NCBI GenBank assembly: GCA_035353255.1
Contig: DAOPZE010000001.1
Location: forward strand, 3,309-67,308
Direction: 5' to 3'
Length of the DNA stretch: 64,000 nucleotides
Origin: Candidatus Cloacimonadota bacterium
GTDB taxonomy: Bacteria > Cloacimonadota > Cloacimonadia > Cloacimonadales > Cloacimonadaceae
Shown: positions 56,318 to 64,000 of the stretch, piece by piece
Numbering within the stretch: position 1 is the stretch's first letter
Layout: each line of letters opens with the position of its first letter
Notes under the pieces: model-generated
Database searches by the model: none
What the model was told of the DNA's origin: nothing
What the model saw: the letters and a program-made list of their open reading frames with translations, nothing else
Translations under genes and position numbers: made by a program

Positions 56318-57051
56318 TCCCTTCATTTGCTGATGTGATCGATATACTGATCATAGCTTTCCTGATCTATCAAGCGTTGCTGATCGTCCGCAAGTCCGGT
56401 TCACATCAGATCCTCTGGGGTTTGCTGCTGATCTTCGTCTTCTATTTTCTTGCCATGGTTCTGAATCTGAGGATGCTGACAACTGTACTGAACACTGTGA
56501 GGAACTATTGGATCCTCGCCCTAGTGATCCTATTCCAGCCGGAACTGAGGTCATTTCTATCTAGGCTAAATATCTCCAGAAATATCGGCATGACTTTCCA
56601 TAGAAAGGAAGCCGGCTCTCAGTACACTCCTTTGATCGACGCCATCTCATCGATGTCATTCAGGAAGATCGGCGCCTTGATCGTCATTGAAAACAAACGT
56701 AACCTGAACGAATACATCCATGGCGGAGAACTATTGGACGCATCTGTCTCGACTAGGTTGATCCTGACCATATTCAACACCAGATCTGTTCTGCACGACG
56801 GTGCTATCATCATTCGCGGAGATAGGATCATGGCGGCAAAAGTCGTACTTCCTCTGTCCAAGAAAGCAGAGTATGTCAGCCGCTATGGAACCAGGCATCT
56901 TGCAGGGATAGGCATTTCTGAGCTTACCGATGCCCTCGTGATCATTGTTTCCGAACAGACAGGTCAGATCTCAGTCGCGAGTGGAGGAAAGCTGCAAACC
57001 GGTATTGCTTTTGAAGAACTCGTACAGATCATTTCTGATGCTTCCAGATAA
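56305..57051 (+). CDS. cdaA: Membrane-bound diadenylate cyclase CdaA
   Basis: Three N-terminal TM helices and a DisA_N domain with GALIVIE, HDGAIIIRGDRI and YGTRHLAGIGISE. Confidence 0.85.
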   Translation: MDFLIPSFADVIDILIIAFLIYQALLIVRKSGSHQILWGLLLIFVFYFLAMVLNLRMLTTVLNTVRNYWILALVILFQPELRSFLSRLNISRNIGMTFHRKEAGSQYTPLIDAISSMSFRKIGALIVIENKRNLNEYIHGGELLDASVSTRLILTIFNTRSVLHDGAIIIRGDRIMAAKVVLPLSKKAEYVSRYGTRHLAGIGISELTDALVIIVSEQTGQISVASGGKLQTGIAFEELVQIISDASR

Positions 57052-57676
57052 ACGTCCTCTGCTCATCGGGATCACAGGCAACATAGGTAGCGGTAAATCA
57101 TCAGTTTCGAAGCAGATACAAGCCGAAGGATATAGGGTTGTCAACGCGGATGAATGTGCCCATCAAGTTCTCTACTCAGATGATCTTGTAGCTTCACTTC
57201 AGAAACGATGGGGTTCCGGTATTTTCCGTGATGGTGAAATTGACCGTCAATCTCTTGCCAAGATCGTCTTTTCTTCGAAAGCAGATCTGGAATATCTCAA
57301 TTCTATGATCCATCCACTGGTACTCAAAGCCTTTGATCATATAGTATCGATCTCCACCGATGATTACCTTTTCTTCGAAGTTCCTCTCCTCTTTGAAGCA
57401 AACCTGGAGAGATGCTTTGACTTCATTGTTCTCGTAACCAGCCCATTGGATCAGCGGATCAAAAGGGTACAGGAGCGAGATCACGCCGATGACGAGTCAA
57501 CTTTGGCACGTATGGCGAACCAGATTGATGACATTGACAAACTCAACAAAGTCGATCTTTTGATTAACAATGACTCAACGTTCGATGCTCTGCAAAAGAC
57601 TGTCAGGATATTCCTTGGCGATCTAAAGAACATACAGCATAGAACCATTATCAACTTTTTCACTGATCAGCAGTAA
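57038..57676 (+). CDS. coaE: Dephospho-CoA kinase
   Basis: LIGITGNIGSGKSS P-loop. Start moved to ATG 57038 (MLPDKRPL), which overlaps cdaA by 14 nt. Confidence 0.85.
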   Translation: MLPDKRPLLIGITGNIGSGKSSVSKQIQAEGYRVVNADECAHQVLYSDDLVASLQKRWGSGIFRDGEIDRQSLAKIVFSSKADLEYLNSMIHPLVLKAFDHIVSISTDDYLFFEVPLLFEANLERCFDFIVLVTSPLDQRIKRVQERDHADDESTLARMANQIDDIDKLNKVDLLINNDSTFDALQKTVRIFLGDLKNIQHRTIINFFTDQQ

Positions 57677-57824
57677 GTCTCTAACGAGAAGATAGTACAC
57701 ACTCACTGAGGAAATGACTCCATTCCATTTCTTCAGATACAGAGAAGCGCTTGACAGCCACTTATGACTATCTTGTACCATCACAGAATTATGATCTTAC
57801 CCTTATCGAATGATAATCGTATTC

Positions 57825-57872
57825 CGTACGGATATCATACGGGAGGCATACGGTGGGCGTACGGGAAGGATA
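57825..57872 (-). repeat. 11-bp-phased CCGTAYG array, copy R5 (inverted orientation)
   Basis: The reverse complement reads TATCCTTC-CCGTACG-ccca-CCGTATG-cctc-CCGTATG-atat-CCGTACG. On the plus strand the TACGG cores are at 57827, 57838, 57849 and 57860. Confidence 0.9.
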
Positions 57873-57996
57873 CCGCATAACTAAAGCCATAACACGCGAG
57901 ATTGAGATGGGATGTCTTGATATTCATCAGAAAAGTGCTTGTTTTCGATCATGTTTTGGTTATCATGTTAGTAACTATGCACTTAAGAGGTTAACA

Positions 57997-58311
57997 ATGA
58001 TACATGAGGTAGTCAACAACAAACTGGACGGATTTTCCAATAATAAACTGCTGGTCTTGGATTTCTATGCGGACTGGTGTAATCCCTGCCAGGCACTAGC
58101 ACCGGTTTTGGATAAGATCGCGAACGATAATCAGGATATCACATTCCTACGGATAAATGTCGATAACAACCAGGATCTATCAGATAAATACAACATTCTC
58201 AGCATTCCTACGCTTATCTTGATCAATGATGGTAGAGTGATAGAAACTTCGATCGGAGTTATCTCAGAGAACGTTCTGCAAAACAAATTGGATCTGATGA
58301 AACAAGCTTAA
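57997..58311 (+). CDS. trxA: Thioredoxin (active site WCNPC)
   Basis: 104 aa with VLDFYADWCNPCQALAP and SIPTLILI blocks. Start moved to ATG 57997 (AAGAGG RBS). The longer ORF from 57853 runs through repeat R5. Confidence 0.8.
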   Translation: MIHEVVNNKLDGFSNNKLLVLDFYADWCNPCQALAPVLDKIANDNQDITFLRINVDNNQDLSDKYNILSIPTLILINDGRVIETSIGVISENVLQNKLDLMKQA

Positions 58312-58359
58312 ATTGAGTTAATATTCTCTTTGTGTAAGTGACCTTGGAAATCTATGGGT

Positions 58360-61300
58360 CTATAGGTTAACTTCGACCCAGACCCCCAGCCTGAAGATCC
58401 TTGTCCCGTCGTCGAGTCTTTTATCCGATGTGAGCTCCCAGGCGCTGGTTATACCGCCTTTGATATTCTGGTCAAATTGGTACGTTGCCCCGGGCGTTAT
58501 GGCGATCCTGCTGGTGTTTCTGTCAACCTGTGTCGCTTCTCTGCCGATCGTCTCATCGAAGTTCTTTTCGAATAATAGGGTCAGAGATGAGCTGAGTTCG
58601 TTCTTGATATGTATCTTCTTACCGGAGAAGGGTATCTTGAACCCTTTACCGGCTCTGAAGGAGTAGGACACCGTTCCGTTCATCGACTGCGAATTATTTG
58701 TCTTGATAATGTCATAGTTGTCCATTGCGGTGATATTTTTAGTACGGCTGAGAGAATAGCTGAGATTAACACTCAGGGACTTCGCAAAGTTGCCGGAGAA
58801 GCCTAACAACGGGCTCAAAGCGGTAGTAAAAGTTTCCTGGGAAGGTTCGAGCCAGTCAAGGTCACCATTCTGACGGACAGTATATTGGAATCCGGTGTTT
58901 AGTCTGCTTCCGGAAAGCCACTTTGACACCCCGATATATCTTTCAAAATCGACCAGAGAAACTGTAATATCAGGGAAAGTTGTGGAGATAGATTGATTAC
59001 TGGCGTTGGATTGTCTGCGATTCATGGTATAAGAGTAATTTATCGTGCTATCGACATTGCGGGAAACTGCCAGACCCGAAGAAAGCGTCAGTGTGTTATC
59101 ATTGGTCGTGGCGTCGAGGAAGTCTGGCGCGACCGAATGCGGGAGACCGATCTGGAATGCGAAAGGCGGGCGGACATCTTTCTCAGTGTAAGTCATGTTG
59201 TAAGTGTTTTGGAATGAGGCATTAATGTTTTTAAACTTGGATAGATAATTTAATAAGGTCGCCGGAACCTGGATAAAGCTAAAGCTATTGGAAGGCTTCT
59301 TCCCTCCTTGATCTCCGTCTTTCGGGACCTTGGGTTCTTCTCTGGGATCGGTCTCTTCCTTTGGTTCAAGATTATTCTTCTGGGAACCTTCTTCTTCCTT
59401 CTTTACCTCTTCTCCGGGTTTGTCTTCTCCCTTGTCAGAATCCTGCATCTCGAGCTTCTTCTTTTCCTCTTCGGTTAGTTCTTTCTTGTCACCCTCTTTA
59501 TCAAGTTCTTCTTTCGGTTCTTCTTGGTTACCATCAAACTTATATTCCACACCGGTTTGGTTTGGATCCTTGATTTCTTCTTTGGGCTGTTCTTTGTCCT
59601 TTTTGTCGTCTCTCTTCTTTTGAGGAGCCTTGGCTTTTAATGACTGTGACCAACCACTCAGAAGGTTTGAGTTTTGCAGTGTCACAGTGGCTCTGATTGA
59701 TCGGTTATTGCCGCCGTCTGAAGAATATACATCTATTGGGCCTTCGTCTGTGTTCTCGGTATGTTTACGCTGGAACTCGGTGTACTTGGTTGTGACAGAT
59801 GAATTGATGTTGAAGATATTGGAAAGGTAGTTCGGATTATATGCCAGTTCCACATCCTGCGAATATTCGGTTTCTTTACCGAGATTGATTTCTTTGTAGT
59901 AGTTCTTCTGAATCAGGTCTCGTTTTGTATTCAGTCTCAATCTGGCGGTTACATCCGAGAGGAGATTCCAATTGATGTTGGTATCCGTGGTCAGCAGCCT
60001 GGTATCGGCAGTGTTTGCCCGGGGATACCAACCGGTGATATTCTCTCTGGTATCCCAATAATAAGCGTTGGGTTCAGTAGCATTGAATGTGAAGCTGTTG
60101 TTCCAGGTCGTCGGGAACCATCCCAACCGGTATCTTTTTATGAGCGGGAAGCTCACTTTATCCGCAGGCAGGCTCAGATTATAGTTTAGTGTACCACGGT
60201 AAGTCAACGTCGTATCTTGTTGCGTTGGATTATGTAGATAGGAATCCTCGAGTCGCGCGCTGAAAGATGTCCTGTAGAGCGTATAGTTCAGGATCTTGTT
60301 TTTAGGAGCTGATTTCATACTTAAAGCGACATCAGCGGAATAGATGAGAGTCTCGTTCTTCTCGCGCTCTTTCTCAGTCAGATCAACGATATTCTCACGA
60401 AGCAGGTCTGAGTTTGCTCGATAACGCGGAATACCCTCAGTGTAGGTTCTGTTCAGGGACAACGGAATATCCATATTCCAGGATGTAGGCAGAAGCTTGT
60501 TCAGGAAGTACTTGTTTGTGATCGTCAATGACTTTGTTGAGGTAAAGGTGTTTGTTCTTCCTCGTTGGATAGTGGCATTGAAGTTCTCCGATTTGTCGTC
60601 ATAATCGACATCCAGAGTAATAAAATCAGCTAGTGCTGCGTTGAGAGTGAGGCGCTTTGCGATACCAATATCTTCATAAGGGTCCGCAACTCTCAGATCG
60701 TTGAAGAATACTGTTCCGGAAAACTCCCTATTTACCGGCAAGCTGTCCGGAATCGCCACGCCGAAGTAAACTTCACTAATATTAGTAAGTGTGGTCTTCC
60801 TTCCTATGAATGATACACTGTAAGACCCATGATCAATCGTGCCCTGGGTTTCGACGGGAAAAACTTCCTTGAGGGAACTTAATTCCTGAAGGTTATAAAC
60901 AAACTGATCCCACAGAGATTCAGACATCTTCGCCTGCCAAGCCTTAACGCCAACTCGTTGAGTGATCTGGTAATAATTCAGGGAATCCGCGCCGACCCGA
61001 AAGATAATATCAATGGAATCCGGATATGCTGAGTTTAGGTCTATATTCTCGGGATAGACCCAAAACTTGAGACGGTCATATGACAACAAGCTGTAAGGAT
61101 CGAATAACCGCTGACGCAAGAGTACTTGCTGGCCCGGCTGGAGATTAGCGATATTGAGGCTTAGAGCAGATTCACTTGTTTCTCGTCTATCCTCTATGAA
61201 AACAGTTCCCTTGGGAGGAGTGTAATGACTTCTGTTCTTCTGATTATTGACAATTCCAGATAAGTATTGTGTTCCGTATTGAGTCAATTCTGAACCCGAG

Positions 61301-64000
61301 ACTATTGAGCCATTCTCGTCCCTGACATAGAAATCCTGCCACTTGTTGCCGACGACAGAAGCATCCGCAATCAAGACCTTTGCTGTGGTATCTGTCTCTA
61401 GCCAGATCCTGGCGTAGGATATCTTTTTTAAACTTGGTTGGACTCCGGTAGTCGAATTGTTAACTATCTGATAATATTCAGGATCAGTCAAGGGTATCCG
61501 GTAGAGCCGCCAACCATCATGATTGATATTCTCCAAGTGCAGGGAGTCGATAAGCGAAACTGAATAGCTTAGATAACGGTCGAGCTGGTTCAATACTCCG
61601 TTACCGTCAAGATCCTCGGTATCCAGAACTCCGTTCGCTTCAGTACAATTCAGGAATGGATAGTCACCAGTGGCTTGATCAATTACGTTTGAAGCAATAT
61701 CGTTGGGATCATGCCCCGGATCATCCTGTGATATGCCATCAAGACCGATATCCTCATCATGAGTTGGCACGCCATCATTGTTCTTGTCTTCATTATTCAG
61801 GACATTGAGTCCGCCATACTCGGTATAAAAATCTTCATTTAGATCTCCAAGATCTATGTGTAGCGTGGCATTAGGAGTTGGCTCGTTGTTCCGGACGTCG
61901 AGTTTGACCAGTACTTCTATGTACTTCTTCTGGGAGAAATCAAGTTGATTTCCAAGGTATTTCATGATCCCGCCCCAGCTCCAGATACCTGCTCCCGGCA
62001 TCCCAAGATTGTTGGGGAAAACTTTCAAAGCCAGTACAGTGACATTCTCAGTCTTTTCGGTTTCAGTCAAAGTCAAAGGATCTTCAAGCTGGTCGCGGTG
62101 GATGTTTTTGGGGTTGTACCAAATCGTTCTGCCTTTTGCAAGAGATTGATTCCATGGTTTACTCGCCAAGGACCAGGTTCCTATCGTCACGCCCATGGGA
62201 TATGAATCTACGATCGATTCCATATCATCGATGTACGCTTCCTTTTTCTTTCCATTGGGATCGCCATAGATATTTGGGATCGTATAGGCAATTTCACCAG
62301 ATAGAGTTAAACGGCTTTCTGCGGTTGTGTTTATCAGGGGCAGCGCGTTGAGGATCTTGGTAATGAATTTCGGCTTGAGCGTAAGAGTACCATCTACGTC
62401 AGCCATCCACATCTGGATGTTCTCGTTCCCGATCTTGGGACGCTTATCGCTGACGCTCTCCGACCGGTATATCAAGGTACCACCTAGTTTAGCATAGTTA
62501 GTGATATTCCAGTCTGCCCTGACGCCTGTAAGAGTTTTCTGAGCCACCGCGAAAGTCGAACGATACTCGTAATCGATCTCGATCTTGGCGTCGGGATCTT
62601 TGCCCTCTGCCGTCAGGAACGTTATCCTTCCAAAGTCATAATCTACCAGATAATCGATGTTCTCTTTCTGCTGTTTGGAGTTCACTAGAACCCGGACGCT
62701 TCCCTTGAGTATACCTCCTTGGGGAAGCTCGATCGCCTCTCTGCCTATCTTGCCTTTAACAGAGATAAAGAAATCAATATCATCGTTATAGATGTTTTCG
62801 TTTTCATCTTCATAGATAATGCCGTCTCCTAACGGGGCAAAAGGCTGAATGAAGGGGAAGTATACAATGCCGGAAGTGAGATTAACGGTATTGTCGTCAC
62901 CATTGATCAGCCCGTCTCCGGAGCTGTCCATACGCAAGTAATCATTATAGGTGACAATACTGCCCACCTGAAGACTATCAGCTACATTATAGTTTCTAGT
63001 CTTATCCACATTCTCTGTAAAGATCTCAAGATTAAAGCCATCGCTTTTAATATTGGTTTTATTCATGTTGTACACGTTGCGCATCTGGTAGTGCCAGACG
63101 TTGTTCGGATCGGTTGAGTCATATTCCTGGTTTCTGCGACGTATCGGTTTTGCGTGCGTAACGGTATCTTCAGGGTCATCAGGATCCATATTAAGCGGAA
63201 CAGGTATCCCGTCCTGACGGATGTATTGAATTGCGATAGTAGTCCTGCGGTCAACCGCCCTTAGGATCTGGATAACACCGGAATTGTAATCGGTCACAAA
63301 GTCAGTTCCCTCGACGAGCTTATCATAGTATGGTACGTAGAAGTCGTTCTGAGAAAAGAAGATCGTATCACCAACAGCTGATGCAACATTATTTGTCGAG
63401 TTGAAATCATCTATATATACGTTTACGGTACCGTTCTGTGGTAAAAGACCAGGGTTCTTGATCAGCCATGCTCCACGTGAATTGGTTTTAATAGCGTTGT
63501 TTAAATATCCTGTCGGAACATTTGGTCCCATGTCGTCAGCTTCATAAAGATCATACAGCTCGTAAGGATCCGCGATATAGTACATAGTTCTTGCAGTATA
63601 GTCCTTACTGCGGAACACTGTTGAGTCAGCCTGAGATTGTCCTATATACGAAAGAGTATTCTTTTGTCCTTCTTCCTTACTGGCGATAACAGAAAGATCT
63701 AGATTCCCATACTTAAATCTTGATGTGACTCCGAACAATCCCTGCGAACTTGTGGAATAACTAATGTATCTTGATCCCGCCAAAGACAAGGTAATATTAC
63801 CCGCTTCGATGGATTTGACGATCTCATCTTCATCACCGGTGTACTTAACGTTGATGTTGTTAGGATCGAAGAGCTGTTCGTCCATCTGTGAATTGTATTT
63901 AAGATTGACCGCTATCTTCTCGCCGATGGTGCCGGATAGACGTAGATTGGTCTCTTGCTCCATCTTAAGATCGAAACGACTGGAATTACTTGTATCATAG
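58360..64000 (-). CDS. sprA: SprA/Sov-like T9SS outer-membrane translocon, 5'-truncated by the window edge
   Basis: More than 1867 aa and very beta-rich. The N-terminal visible part (VKYTGDEDEIVKSIEAGNITL...SSQGLFGVTSRFKYGNLDLSVIASKEEGQKN) matches my memory of the repeated SprA N-terminal signature. The reading frame stays open upstream of Met 63963 to nt 64000 (..YDTSNSSRFDLK-M..), so the true start is outside the window. Confidence 0.7.
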   Translation of the reverse strand, partial: YDTSNSSRFDLKMEQETNLRLSGTIGEKIAVNLKYNSQMDEQLFDPNNINVKYTGDEDEIVKSIEAGNITLSLAGSRYISYSTSSQGLFGVTSRFKYGNLDLSVIASKEEGQKNTLSYIGQSQADSTVFRSKDYTARTMYYIADPYELYDLYEADDMGPNVPTGYLNNAIKTNSRGAWLIKNPGLLPQNGTVNVYIDDFNSTNNVASAVGDTIFFSQNDFYVPYYDKLVEGTDFVTDYNSGVIQILRAVDRRTTIAIQYIRQDGIPVPLNMDPDDPEDTVTHAKPIRRRNQEYDSTDPNNVWHYQMRNVYNMNKTNIKSDGFNLEIFTENVDKTRNYNVADSLQVGSIVTYNDYLRMDSSGDGLINGDDNTVNLTSGIVYFPFIQPFAPLGDGIIYEDENENIYNDDIDFFISVKGKIGREAIELPQGGILKGSVRVLVNSKQQKENIDYLVDYDFGRITFLTAEGKDPDAKIEIDYEYRSTFAVAQKTLTGVRADWNITNYAKLGGTLIYRSESVSDKRPKIGNENIQMWMADVDGTLTLKPKFITKILNALPLINTTAESRLTLSGEIAYTIPNIYGDPNGKKKEAYIDDMESIVDSYPMGVTIGTWSLASKPWNQSLAKGRTIWYNPKNIHRDQLEDPLTLTETEKTENVTVLALKVFPNNLGMPGAGIWSWGGIMKYLGNQLDFSQKKYIEVLVKLDVRNNEPTPNATLHIDLGDLNEDFYTEYGGLNVLNNEDKNNDGVPTHDEDIGLDGISQDDPGHDPNDIASNVIDQATGDYPFLNCTEANGVLDTEDLDGNGVLNQLDRYLSYSVSLIDSLHLENINHDGWRLYRIPLTDPEYYQIVNNSTTGVQPSLKKISYARIWLETDTTAKVLIADASVVGNKWQDFYVRDENGSIVSGSELTQYGTQYLSGIVNNQKNRSHYTPPKGTVFIEDRRETSESALSLNIANLQPGQQVLLRQRLFDPYSLLSYDRLKFWVYPENIDLNSAYPDSIDIIFRVGADSLNYYQITQRVGVKAWQAKMSESLWDQFVYNLQELSSLKEVFPVETQGTIDHGSYSVSFIGRKTTLTNISEVYFGVAIPDSLPVNREFSGTVFFNDLRVADPYEDIGIAKRLTLNAALADFITLDVDYDDKSENFNATIQRGRTNTFTSTKSLTITNKYFLNKLLPTSWNMDIPLSLNRTYTEGIPRYRANSDLLRENIVDLTEKEREKNETLIYSADVALSMKSAPKNKILNYTLYRTSFSARLEDSYLHNPTQQDTTLTYRGTLNYNLSLPADKVSFPLIKRYRLGWFPTTWNNSFTFNATEPNAYYWDTRENITGWYPRANTADTRLLTTDTNINWNLLSDVTARLRLNTKRDLIQKNYYKEINLGKETEYSQDVELAYNPNYLSNIFNINSSVTTKYTEFQRKHTENTDEGPIDVYSSDGGNNRSIRATVTLQNSNLLSGWSQSLKAKAPQKKRDDKKDKEQPKEEIKDPNQTGVEYKFDGNQEEPKEELDKEGDKKELTEEEKKKLEMQDSDKGEDKPGEEVKKEEEGSQKNNLEPKEETDPREEPKVPKDGDQGGKKPSNSFSFIQVPATLLNYLSKFKNINASFQNTYNMTYTEKDVRPPFAFQIGLPHSVAPDFLDATTNDNTLTLSSGLAVSRNVDSTINYSYTMNRRQSNASNQSISTTFPDITVSLVDFERYIGVSKWLSGSRLNTGFQYTVRQNGDLDWLEPSQETFTTALSPLLGFSGNFAKSLSVNLSYSLSRTKNITAMDNYDIIKTNNSQSMNGTVSYSFRAGKGFKIPFSGKKIHIKNELSSSLTLLFEKNFDETIGREATQVDRNTSRIAITPGATYQFDQNIKGGITSAWELTSDKRLDDGTRIFRLGVWVEVNL

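Noticed and set aside
57853-57996. N-terminal ORF extensions: trx from 57853, PorV-like from 23411, protease from 24582 (TTG), folP from 55397, coaE from 56945, EF-G from 19644, and the aminotransferase from 128.
   Set aside because: The internal starts have better RBS, or restore a proper signal peptide or family N-terminus, or remove overlaps with repeats and upstream genes.
59330-59623. A Ser-rich 97-aa ORF (and 59361..59573) on the plus strand.
   Set aside because: It is the antisense read-out of the Lys/Glu-rich low-complexity insert of the SprA-like gene.
1-64000. A search for CRISPR arrays, IS/transposase/integrase genes, toxin-antitoxin pairs and known defence-system genes.
   Set aside because: I recognised none on either strand. 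The only repeated DNA found is the 11-bp-phased element family.

Overview
This 64-kb chromosomal segment is densely packed. I call about 55 protein genes, most with 0-15 nt gaps or overlapping start/stop codons, plus one tRNA-Leu(CAA). I saw no rRNA, CRISPR array, transposase, integrase or obvious prophage/defence genes. GC looks mid-40s % by eye (not computed).

Gene content, in order:
- A sigma-54 enhancer-binding response regulator, with a degenerate HisKA-only partner, two ABC permeases and a DUF2723-type membrane glycosyltransferase (0.1-8.1 kb).
- A long minus-strand operon-like run: yebC-ruvC-ruvA-rsmB-PASTA protein-nqrBCDEF-like-unknown ORF (17.4 to 8.9 kb).
- An EF-G paralogue, carbamate kinase and a cpgS-like P-loop protein (17.5-22.4 kb).
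- A type IX secretion (T9SS)-flavoured surface cluster: PorV/PorQ-like OMP, an M6 metalloprotease with a T9SS C-terminal sorting domain, and three tandem PGxGQ-motif paralogues (23.5-30.2 kb).
- A 1820-aa Ser/Thr-kinase/NTPase/TPR/GAF/histidine-kinase fusion, co-operonic with a 964-aa TPR protein and a predicted outer-membrane protein (30.6-40.5 kb).
- iorAB, then a minus-strand housekeeping run (maf to malQ), then serC, exbB-exbD-tonB-like, folP, cdaA, coaE and trx.
- A 5'-truncated SprA/Sov-like T9SS translocon gene running off the right edge.

The T9SS parts plus amino-acid-fermentation genes suggest an uncultured anaerobe of the FCB superphylum. That placement is inference only.

The most unusual signals:
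- A dispersed ~50-bp intergenic element present five times. It consists of four helically phased 11-bp units (CCGTAYG core plus a conserved 4-bp spacer). I do not recognise it as a described repeat family.
- A near-consensus sigma-54 (-24/-12) promoter directly upstream of the PorV-like gene.
- An nqrBCDEF-like operon with no nqrA and an RnfD-sized B subunit.
- The giant dual-kinase operon.

All homology statements come from motif recognition by eye. No database search was run.
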